A stretch of 64,000 nucleotides of DNA, taken from contig CM120649.1 of the NCBI GenBank assembly GCA_051362555.1, forward strand, positions 558,001 through 622,000, written 5' to 3'. This document shows positions 51,640 through 62,480 of this stretch, one piece after another. Position numbers and translations under genes: made by a program. The notes below the pieces were generated by a model that was given only the letters and a program-made list of their open reading frames with translations, was not told the origin of the DNA and did not search any database. The stretch is from Lingula anatina (taxonomy: Eukaryota > Animalia > Brachiopoda). Numbering within the stretch: the stretch's first letter is position 1; every line of letters starts with the position of its first letter.

Positions 51640-54600
51640 TCATCTCATAAAAACCGATGTATTTCGGAAACTGGAATTATCACTGAAATGAGGAAATTAA
51701 AAAAGTTTTAGGTAAAACCATGCTGAAGCTTCCACTGCATTCTTGGCCAATTGTAAAATTGTATACCTAGATGAAGTTACATGACTGTATACCTAGTAAG
51801 ATGAAGAATAGAAATGTGTTAAAATGAGAGAGAAAGAGAGAAAGAAAGAGATGGGGTGGGCAGGAAAACTTCAAAAGAAATAAAGCAGACAAATGCTGAA
51901 TAACTGCTAGGTTATTGCACATTTTATGTTGGGTAAAATAAATGCCTAAAGCTACTTTTACCCTGTTACTATAAAATACCCTTCATGTAACATATCAACT
52001 TTAAAAGCAACTTACATCAGAGAGAAAAGCTCCCATTAACTACTAAGGAAAAGAATGTTTCCTTCTTTTTTTATTAAAAAAATTTAATGTTTTTAATGGG
52101 ATACTTGTTTTGTAAAACTGTTGATGAAAATACACACCTTAAACTCTCACTGTGTTTCTTATATTCCATTATTGTATTTGGCGGTAGATTTAGTATCCTT
52201 TTCAGCGTGTCCCTAATTCTGGATGTCGTCTGCTGATCATGTGCTGTTCTATTCCACAATGATAAAATATCCTCCTGTAAATAAACAAGTATGGCTTAAA
52301 AACAGAATCAATTTAATGGCTGGAGGGAATACTGCAAAATTACATTTTTACCTTTCTAAGGCTTAACAATATCAGGGGCGGATTTAGGCCGCCTTCTGGG
52401 TTTTCCGGAATATGGTCAGATTTTCAAGTTTACATTGACAGGTATCCAATTTTTCCTGTTGGAAAACGGTCAAAATTGGAGGATGAATCAACAAAGATAA
52501 TTTGGAAGACTGTCAGCAAATAGCTCTGGATCTGCCCCTGAATATTAAGTGTATAAACAATACCACAAGCTGACAACTTTTTTATTTTCAAGATTAAACA
52601 ACACATGGTGAATAAACAATGTCTGGTTGGTTGGCCTTGCTTGGGTTGGACTCCCTGTAACTCACTGACCAAATTACATATTCACATTTAGGACTCCCTG
52701 TACGCCAAATCCTGTAGAAACCCCCTGACCTAGTCCTAGTATATTACCTGATATCTTATTGAGATCGCAGCTCCACATATTTCCTCTCCCACCATAAACT
52801 GTTCACCTATCATAGCAAATACCAGGTTCTCCCAGCACCTGTAGAAACCCCTGACCTAGTCCTAGTATATTACCTGATATCTTATTGAGATAACAGCTCC
52901 ACATATTTCCTCTCCCACCATAAACTGTTCTCCTATCATAGCAAATACAAGGTTCTCCCAGCACCTCGACGCTAACCCCTTCTTAAGACGAACAATCCAC
53001 TTGCCGCCATTTTTATTTGCATCATCCTGAAAAGAAAATTTAAATTACATTATAACAAATGTTCCTTTTGAAACATAATATAATAAATCTTTATTTATAG
53101 TGTATATGATTTTCTGTTATATGCTTTTTCAATTCCAATTTTTGTCTTCGTTCCTCCCTTTTTCTTCTTTCCTATTCTGTGTTTCTTTCTTTTTCGTATC
53201 CTACAATGTTTTCCTTACCTATTTTTCTATACACCATCTTTAATATTCTGTCTGCACAGGGACTAGTATGTAGATATATTTCTGGAGGTCTCCACTCATT
53301 TTCCTTACCTCCCACAAGGGTCTGACTCCCTCCTTAAACAGATGATAGTCACTGTGTCCTTACCTCCCACATGGGTCTGACTCCCTCCTTAAACAGATGA
53401 TAGTCACTGTGTCCTTACCTCCCACATGGGTCTGACTCCCTCCTTAAACAGATGGTAGTCACTGTGTCCTTACCTCCCACATGGGTCTGACTCCTTCTTT
53501 AAACAGATGGTAGTCACTGTGTCCTTACCTCCCACATTGGTCTGACTCCTTCTTTAAACAGATGGTAGTCACTGTGTCCTTACCTCCCACATTGGTCTGA
53601 CTCCTTCTTTAAACAGATGGTAGTCACTGTGTCCTTACCTCCCACATTGGTCTGACTCCTTCTTTAAACAGATGATAGTCACTGTGTCCTGACAAGTCAC
53701 CAGGTCTGGCAATGTGACTGTAGTTGGCAAAAAACTGTTCCACCTATAATGAAATTAAATTAAAATCTAACAAGATTGGTCCATCTACGAGGGGTTTCTC
53801 GCTAAATTGCTTATAGCATAAGTGGCTTAGATGTCTGGCACGCCCACTGAAGCTGTTAAATGATAATTAATTACATACTAGCAGCTTCAGTAGGTAGACA
53901 TCTAAGCTGCTGAACTTGATTACAATTTAGCGAGAATCCCCTCAGAGGTAGATCGATTCAGTTAGTATGATAGGGTCTGGTTATGGTCCCTGAGACTGAT
54001 ATTCAGGTAGTGATACAAGCAAATCATGTGATGCACAGGCTCTAGGTACACGCTGCACTTGGGAGCTGTGCCAAGTATGGGAGCTCTCTGTTTCAGTGGT
54101 TCTCTTATATCAAAGACTGGGTATAAAACTGTCCTCTTCTCTAAACACAACACTTCAGATCCAAGAATGAAGTACCGTAATATTTCTTCAGTGACAGGTT
54201 AATATGGAAATAGTTTTTCCCTCCAAATTTTACCTCCAAAAGAAAAATTACTTAATTTTTATAACATGACACAGCTGATGAAATTCTTCTCTGACTTAAG
54301 ACCCAATAATCAATACAAAAAGGCCTACTAGTATATACTCACAGATGCAAAAGTTCCTATATTTTTCAAATTCTGGTCATAGCTGGAAGAAGATGTCTGT
54401 TTTCCTGGTGTGCGTCGTGAGAACCAAAAACAATAGTTGAACTGGAGTGGATGTTCACCTTTTCCTGGTTTTACCACAGGCTGGAAGGAGACAGTCAGAT
54501 ATTAAATGAAAACATTTAATGAAGCCTAGGATATACTGAAAGAACTTACAACAACTACACTTTGCCTGGTATTCACCTTTTCATAGTGAAAACACAGGCT

Positions 54601-54829
54601 GGAAAATATTATATTTGTAACATTTTTTAAAATCAAGCAAAACATTTTAATATGCATATAAATGACAGTACTAGTATGTAAAATTAATATATAAAAATAT
54701 ATTTAAATGAAAAGGGCACATAAAGCTCTATACCAGAACAACTTCCAAAATATAAATATAAAATTATCAACATCAAGCAATGAAACTTCCGAGCACTAAT
54801 TTGGTGTCAGTTGAGACATGGCTAAAATT

Positions 54830-54877
<48 letters not shown>

Positions 54878-56416
54878 ACCAATACTAACTGACATCCTGC
54901 AAGACAGATAGACTCTAAATAAAGTTTAAATTGAACACTTATATATAACTATAATTTAATGGAGTAGATGTCCAAGTCAGAAATACCCTTGACTCTTTGT
55001 TTTTCTGTTCTCCATTTTCATCTTCTCCACTGTCTTCTTCATTTTTGAGCCTAAGGAGAAAATAAAATTAAAAATATGAGTGTAAGGCCTACCTTATAAA
55101 GCTTGTGCAAGACATGTAAGAGTAAATGTAACGTCTATGTATCCTAGCTAAATATACATGTATGCTTTGGAAATAGGGAAGTTTAATAGGGTGTTAAAGG
55201 GGAGGGTCTAGCAAGCCATTGTATACAGTACATACATATTGGAAAGGAGGGTGAGGGGGTGAGGAGAGTTGGCTTTGTGGATCAGGAGTCAGCTCCATGA
55301 AAAAGAAAACTGCATAACCTTGAAGACAAAATATGAATTCCTCCATTTCAGTTCAGGATAAGTGTACTGTAGTCCAAACACTTGAACTTTTAACTTTATA
55401 CACTAATACCAGTAAATATTTTAAAACTATTGACCATTCGTAAACATAAGCCACTTCTTTCTATTTTTAGCACAGACATAACATACAACTTTTATAGCCC
55501 ACTATTTGTAATTACTGTAGTGCCAGGGGCAGGTAGAACCGGCCGGGTAGCTCAGTAGGTAAGAGCACTCGCCCTGTAAGCGAGGGGTCCCGGGTTCGAT
55601 TCCTGGCCTGGCTGGTGATTTTTCTGCACTCACCCCAAATCGCTACAATGGTGGCAGCGGTGTTGCGAGATAGGGCTCGCGTCTTTCGGCATTTGGGGGG
55701 GAGGAGTGTAGTGCCAGGGGCAGGTAGAACCGGCCGGGTAGCTCAGTAGGTAAGAGCACTCGCCCTGTAAGCGAGGGGTCCCGGGTTCGATTCCTGGCCT
55801 GGCTGGTGATTTTTCTGCACTCACCCCAAATCGCTACATTACTATTCAATAAAATCACACTCAAAGTTGACTAACATTTAACGTTTGTCTTTAAGTTTAG
55901 ATCAGCTTTAGTGGCACAAACAGTCCGTATTTTACTTTTGAATACAAATACCATACAGCTGGGAAAGGGAGGTCTTTGAAAAATTTTTGACCCAAATATC
56001 TGAACAAAATCTTGGACTTAATCACTGGCATGACGTGGATCAAAATATCTACTGCATGAGCCACGTTCGAAGTTGAAGGAGTTTCTTTTTATAATCCGGT
56101 GCAATATAGACAGGGCAAGACAATATAGTACCTAGCTTTCAAAGTATTATTATCCATGTAGCACCCTATATAGGACCTATTTGTAAAGACAGCCTTTTTC
56201 TGATTCAAAAGTTACACGCTTTATCTTGGTGCACTCTAGTCTTGGTACATCGAATGAAATGTTTTGATCCTGGCGTCAAATGCCCGAGAAAATACGAGAT
56301 CTACCAGGTGAAAAATACGCTCAACTCCCTCAAAAACCACTGCAATCCACGCCGATTGTGTATTCGTGAAAACACACAACCCCATTTTATACTTACGCAT
56401 CAAATTTGTTGTTCAT
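51640..56416 (-). CDS. EIF4E2: Eukaryotic translation initiation factor 4E type 2 (4EHP); 7 coding exons
   Basis: Exons 56397-56416 (MNNKFDA), ~54987-55050, ~54343-54480 (EHPLQFNYCFWFSRRTPG..YDQNLK..GTFAS), 53639-53743 (HSDYHLFKEGVRPMWE), 52874-53026 (DDANKNGGKWIVRLKKGLASRCWENL..EEICGAVISIR), ~52139-52275 (EDILSLWN..RIRDTLKRILNLPPNTIMEYK), 51640-51682 (DNSSFRNT). These are class II eIF4E signatures. Confidence 0.96.
52711..52965 (-). repeat. 126-bp tandem duplication of the EIF4E2 exon-5 3' end plus intron start
   Basis: Two copies of RCWENLVFAMIGEQFMVGEEICGA(V/A)ISIRYQ|gtaatatactaggactaggtcagggg; exon ends at 52874 and 52748. Confidence 0.95.
53303..53690 (-). repeat. Tandem array (55-bp unit, 7 copies) of the EIF4E2 exon-4 3' end plus GTAAG donor
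   Basis: ccttacctcccaca... at 53303, 53358, 53413, 53468, 53523, 53578 and 53633. Confidence 0.97.
53773..53992. mobile_element. MITE, same family as 18650-18865
   Basis: Shared internal blocks, and right end ggtctggttatggtccc. Confidence 0.7.
55541..55613 (+). tRNA. tRNA-Thr(UGU)-like sequence inside the 5' LTR (probably not a functional tRNA gene)
   Basis: Cloverleaf: GGCCGGG/CCTGGCT acceptor, GCTC/GAGC D stem, CTCGC-CC TGT AA-GCGAG anticodon arm, CCGGG-TTCGATT-CCTGG T arm. A and B boxes intact, TTTTT a few nt downstream, C instead of U33. Confidence 0.7.
55732..55804 (+). tRNA. tRNA-Thr(UGU)-like sequence inside the 3' LTR
   Basis: Identical to 55541-55613. Confidence 0.7.
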
Positions 56417-56735
56417 TTTGTACGATTTTGTGAAATATTTACAAAAAATATGTTGTCGATTTGGCACGGTCCTGCTTAGGCTTGGTATTGTCTCTCTCTA
56501 GGCTGACAGGAAGTAAGGGAACGTTTACACCGTGAAAGTGGTGCATTTAAATCTTGACACATCTACTGACATTACATCTATTATGTTTTATTTGTATCTT
56601 ATTAGTATTATATTTATTCAGCCAGGCTAAATATCTCAACAAAGGATAAAAATACGTACAAAATGTAAGTAATATAATTTTTCATATTCGCCACATTGTC
56701 CCTTTACCACTAACAAAAACAAAGATGGCGGCGCC
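56417..56735. promoter_or_regulatory. Bidirectional promoter shared by EIF4E2 and MED4
   Basis: Divergent ATGs separated by 308 bp. ETS-like CAGGAAGT near 56507; YY1-like AAGATGGCGGC overlapping the MED4 start codon. Confidence 0.75.
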
Positions 56736-59700
56736 CGGTACGAAGCAAGTTTTGCTCTCGCTAATCGAAGATGTAGAAATAATCACAAAGTGAGCATTAA
56801 GTTTAATAATTGCTACAGTGCAAGTTGACTCTTAACACGGAATGATTGAACTAAACATGTTGTGCCTATGTTTTGTCGTATTCTTGCTTAATTTATTTTC
56901 ATCGTTTATGTGACTTGGTCTTCTCACGTGCTCAAAATAATTGAACAAAGCCGGAGTGTGGGAGTTTGTTTTGGTGGGGGGTGGGCCCTGGGGGTACATG
57001 ATGATACCCTGTTATAGTTATGGCACTTACAAACCAGGCCGAAGTGTTGCTCACTGCCATGGCATGCAGAATGTACTAAATTAAGATTTGTCACAGTAAT
57101 TTACTAGTATGCAGATTACCTTAATATATTGGCTTTTCGCGACAACGGGTTCTCTGCTTTCGTTAATTTTCTGGTTTCTTGCCCTGTGATTGCCTTTGGG
57201 AATTTGGGGACTAAGGCTTCATTCACATGCAATGTCTATTTTCTAAATTCTATTTTCTATTCGCGGTATGTCTTATGATCGCGGTCTGTGCCCTGAATAT
57301 CCCGCGGCGTAATTACTGGCAGTGCGAGCCAGTTACTATAAGTTACTTTAAGTATATACAAATACGCAATTATATATGCAGAAAATATAGTGTGTAATGC
57401 ATGTTCTTTGTAGTATTAAAGGCTAGTAATGCTATTATATATTATTATAATAAAAAAGGTACTATTTTCAAAATATTTTCTTCAAAGTATGGGCAATCTA
57501 ACTCTATGATGGCTTCGGCATAGCGGGCTGTCGACGCAGCGAACCTTTCGGCACAAAATAAAAACAATCGAGTAGAGAGCCTGTAAAATGTAACTTGTAC
57601 ACATTTTGTGATCAATTCAATTTTCAATTCAATTTATTTCTGTACTGGTACATAGATTGTCATGACCTTGTACAATATGATATATTAATGATGATACAAT
57701 ACAATTGGTGCATTACCATTTCTCTAATTGGTAATTATGTTGCCTAGCCGTTTGTGAATGAAAAAATAATCTTTATATAATGAACATATGTACTAGTAAA
57801 TTTATTCATAAAATATTCTATCTAAGATAAACCTTGGTGTGATTATAAATTTACCATAAACATACTATAAAGATATGGATACAAGCATATGCCACATAAA
57901 AGGATATGTTCAAACTTAAAGGGAGGGAGAACTACAGTTACATAGCTGTTTACATGGCTGTTAAAAGGGGGCCGTAGCAATAGTCCGAAGGTTCAGTAGA
58001 TCAATAAAGATTAAGATTATTATTATTTTTTATTTGCAGAGAACTGTTTGAGCTGATGTCAGCCAAGAAGACTGAGACTTCTACAGAGCCTGTAGCAGAC
58101 ACGGGGCAACTGATGGAGTTGCTGCTGAAGAAAGATGCAGAAATACAGGCTGCTTTGAAAACAGGTATGCACCCAGCCACTTCAGAGTATGACAAAAAGC
58201 TAAAAAATATTAAATTAATGAAAGCTCAGGTTCAGTAATGTGATTAGGTGAGCACAACTCTAATTCTGATTAATACTGTGAGCCTGGAAGATACCAGTCC
58301 CAGAAAATGAAAAATCAATTTTTCTTTCTTTCTCTCTTTCTTTTTTTTTTTTTTTTGGGGGGGGGGGGTGGAGGGATGTTTAGGGGTTTGGACCCTCACA
58401 TTAATGTTTACTGAAAGAAGTGATTAAAATGTTTGTTTCCTATTTTGCTGAATGCTGAATTATCTTTATGGGTAATTTGCCATCTGCAGTTGTTTGCTTT
58501 GAAGTTCCCTGATTATGTAACATCCTCTGCTATCTCGGCTTAACTTGTGAACTGTGGGTTGTTTATAACAGCTGTTTGTGGGAGTTCTTCCTCTGTGAAT
58601 TTTGACATGTGGTCACAGGTTTATCACAGCAGGTCACATGATATGTCTTGTCCAATAGTATTCATGATAACAGGTCACATAGTCTGTCTTGGCCAATAGT
58701 ATTCATCATAGCATACCTCATTTCTGGTCTCAATAGTTTGGATTATAAGATCTCAGGCTACTGGCATTGAAGGCAGTAGGCAGTAGTCTTGTTGGAGGTA
58801 TGGGGAATTGCAGACAGTGGGGAAACTAGAATGTTCTTTTCTCACACAGTCTTGTCTGAAGAACAGAGTTTATATAAATAATTTAGATGAGCAGGATTCA
58901 GGTAAAGATTTTGTTAATGAAAAATTTTATGTTAACTCATTTAATCTAAGAATTTAGAAATGTTTACAGAGAGATGGAAAGGAGAGAGTGATGGAGGTCA
59001 AATTACCTTGTATAGACAGACAAAACAATGTCATAGTTGCACTTTCTCAAACTTGATATATGTTAGAATTATTTTGGACTTTTTTCTGTCATTATTTGTC
59101 TTTTATACCTAGAAAAAGCAAATGAAGGATTAGAAAGTGAGCTCTTTATTTGTGTGGGGGATTTTAAGTAACAATTTTGCTACATTTGAAAAAAGAAAAA
59201 GAAAAAGAAAATGATTTTGGTGTATTTGATGATGGCCATGTCACTGACATATGTATACCACAAAAGAAATAAAAAAGGATTTTTTTACAAGAGAATTTTA
59301 AAAGATTATCAACACATTTTCTGTCACGTTGTTCTTTATTTATTTTTTTAGCAACAGAGCAAGGTGAAGTCCAGAAGAAGATTGAAGCCTTGCAGGTAGA
59401 AGTTGACAGAAGAGATGCTGATATACTTCAGTTGCAGAAGAATCTGAAGGAAGCAGAAACTATTTTGGTTAGAAATTATTCTGTGTGTTAAGTATAGTAC
59501 GGTAATGACTCAGATCTTTTCAATGGGCAAAAATGATCAAACTTTCAGATACATCATTTTAAACCCATAAAATTTATATTTTTGTATAGCAGTTGTGGTG
59601 CTTTTAATGCATAATATAGAACTATAAGGTAGTCTGCTTTTCAATTTTGTTGTCAACACTGAATAGGGTTGCTCTTATTTTAGGAAATTAAGACTTTAAA

Positions 59701-62480
59701 ATAAATCTGAAAAATTCACAATTTTCCCCCATTGAAAAGATACAGTCATTACTGTATACTAGTATATATTTGCATGGACCACAGTATTGAAAAAAATTGT
59801 ACTTTATATTTTTAATGTTTCATACAAGGTGTGGTATTAATTCATTCAGTTGAAGTCTGCTTGAGAAAATTGACATATGGGAAGCTAAGATGTATAAGCA
59901 GATTTAGGTAACATTTCACACCCATTAGTTCAAATTCATGCTCTTGGTTTCAAGCTAGTAATCCGTGAGAGCTTGATCGTATGGAGGTCTTGGGAGTGCC
60001 CACCACTAGGGGGCAGCCTGGTGTTTGAATTAACCAATCAGTTTATGATTTATTTGATTGACAATTTTATTGATACAGTTAAGCATAAAAACCCATGAAC
60101 TTGAATATGAAAGGGAGACTGGAAAGACTAGAAGGAAAGAGGTCATGATTGAAGCTTAGAGTTGACCATGCTTGTACCATGTAACTTTTAGTTTAGCAAA
60201 ATGTATTCTGTTGAAGTTATAACATGGAGTCGTTTCATTCTTTTTGTGTGCAGAGTTTAAGGCATAGAAACAGGGAATCTCTGTAACAGCTTTGCATTAT
60301 CCAAATATATGATCCCATTTTGCCCAACTCCTGGGGGTTAAATTATAAAGGATTATTTGATGTGGTGTGGGGGTCGGGTTATAATAAAAAAAGACCCTTT
60401 TAATGGGTGAAAGTTTTTAGGATCATTATGCCTGATTTAATGATTTTTAGTCTTTATCTTGTTCATTTTGAGAAATTGCAAGCAACATTTTAAAAGGATT
60501 TTCAGTTTTTACAACTGTTTACCACTTGTCCCATGTGTTTGCATTTGGAATTAATGTATAATTATTTAGGGCATTTATTGTTTCAAGAAAAATATATATA
60601 CTGAACCTTCACACTGCATTGTAACTTAACTAGAAATTTAAAAAATCTTAAATTTAATAAGTCTTATGTCAGTTTAACCTCCAAACTACTAGTGCATTTT
60701 TCGTTACTTTTTATCACTGTGACTGCACTTACTTCTTTTAAAAACCTTACACAAGCAAACTTTCAAGATATTACTTTTACAGAATACTAGATTGAAATTT
60801 CTACATATTAAGCAATGCAAATCTGCATCTCTGCAGTGAGAGCCACATATTTCTGCCACTCATTTTATTATCTTTTTAAAAACACTGCCATTCTTGCTTG
60901 AAGCAAATGCCCTGGTGCAGCCAATGATATGGGCCTGTGAGATCAGACATAATTCATCGTTTCTCTCATTTCTAGGCAACAGCCATATATCAAGCCAAAC
61001 AGAAACTGACCTCCATCAAGCAGGCTAATCAGAAGTCCATTCCGTCTGAAGAGCTCATAAAGTATGCACATAAAATTAGCTCTAGTCATGCTGTAGCAGC
61101 TCCTAATACTTGGCAACCAGGTAATGCTGTTATCATATACTATTTATTTTGTCACTGACCCAACTCTGTACAATCTGATATCAACTAACCTCAGGTGTTA
61201 CTAAATATAATGAATAATACTGGACTGTGGGAATCCTTTTTGAGAGCTTCATTATGCAGTGAGTGGCCACATTCATTATCCACATCATTCTTACCATGCT
61301 TTTCATGAAATTAGACTTTCCATTTTGAAATAAACTGCTTTTCACAATGTTTGATCAATGTTTATCAGATATAGCTTTCAGTGCTGATATATTTTTACAA
61401 ATGATTTAATAATGAATTTTACTCAGAATTAGTCACTGGAGGGCATCTTTTGAGTGTTGACCAAACATTGTTAATGAACCCCAATTCAATTCAAATAGTT
61501 ATCACTTCTTTCCTACTCAAATAATTATAAATCCTGAAAATCAAAGGAGTGGAAAAGATGAGTAATGACAAGTTTGTTTTATCACTCAGGTGATCCCAGA
61601 CGGCCATATCCCACAGAGTTAGACATGAGGATGGGATTCCTGGGGCGGCTGAACAACCCTAACTTCCAGTCCCAGCCTGGGTTAGGAGCCGATCCTCAAC
61701 TCTCAAGGCAGCCAGGACAGTTAGGTAGGGTTGCTAGGAAAAATTGCACTACCCACCCCTGCTCTAAATCTCTCTCCTTTGCTCCATCTCTCTCTCTCTC
61801 ACACACACACACATAATACAGACCAAAATCTCTGCCTCTCTTTTTCTCTCACACAAAATAATCTTCTTCACCCCCTCTCTCTCTCTCTCACACACAATGT
61901 TAGCCAAAATCTTTCTCTCTCCCTCTCCCTTTGTCTCTCTCTCACATAATAAAAACTAATATCCTTCTTCATTTCTTCCTCTCTCTCTCACACATTACAG
62001 AAAAAATCTCTCTTCCTCCCCCGTCTCTCTCTCTCTCTCTCATATATTATATTACCAAAGTTAATCAGAGTAGATTCTAAGTGATGTTGTTAATCTCAAT
62101 CCATGGTTATTTTACACACATCACTTCTTTATAATTTCAGACCACACTCCTTCTCATGCAGTATACAATATAGATATCTTTCTCACATAATAAATTATAT
62201 TAGCAAAGTTAAATCAAAGTTAATACAAAGTAATGTTTATAATCTCAGTCCATGATTATTTTACATGTAACATTTTTTGATAATTTCAGACCACACTCCT
62301 TCCCATGCAGCATCGATGCCATGGCAACCACCACCAGAGCTGTCATCCAGCATTTCCATGGCAACGACCAATCAGGCAGCAATGTCAGAGGTCAAAGGGC
62401 TGAACAAAGAGAATGAAGATGTTGAAGTGATGTCCACAGATTCTTCAAGCAGTTCTTCCAGTGATGAGTCAAGACCGTAA
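56725..62480 (+). CDS. MED4: Mediator of RNA polymerase II transcription subunit 4; 6 coding exons
   Basis: Exons 56725-56789, 58040-58164, 59352-59467 ([19 protein letters not shown]), 60976-61120 ([36 protein letters not shown]), 61590-61724 ([17 protein letters not shown]), 62290-62480 ([17 protein letters not shown]). Confidence 0.96.
61765..62041. repeat. Degenerate CT/CA-rich low-complexity repeat in the last MED4 intron
   Basis: Recurrent aaaatct(ct)n-cacaca units. Confidence 0.8.

Larger units (their letters stand above)
55516..55838 (+). mobile_element. Complete TRIM (miniature non-autonomous LTR retrotransposon) with tRNA-derived LTRs
   Basis: Identical 132-bp LTRs 55516-55647 and 55707-55838 (TGTAG...CTACA). 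PBS TGGTGGCAGCGGTG at 55649, PPT GGGGGGGAGGAG abutting the 3' LTR, TSD TTAC on both sides. Confidence 0.93.

Noticed and set aside
53303-53690. 55-bp array as CRISPR or a set of microexons
   Set aside because: Units are contiguous copies of an exon end with only GTAAG between them; no spacers and no room for real introns.
55541-55804. Two genuine tandem tRNA-Thr genes or a SINE dimer
   Set aside because: TG..CA-bounded direct repeats with PBS, PPT and TSD explain the duplication. C at position 33, a G-U first pair and no SINE-like tail also argue against it.
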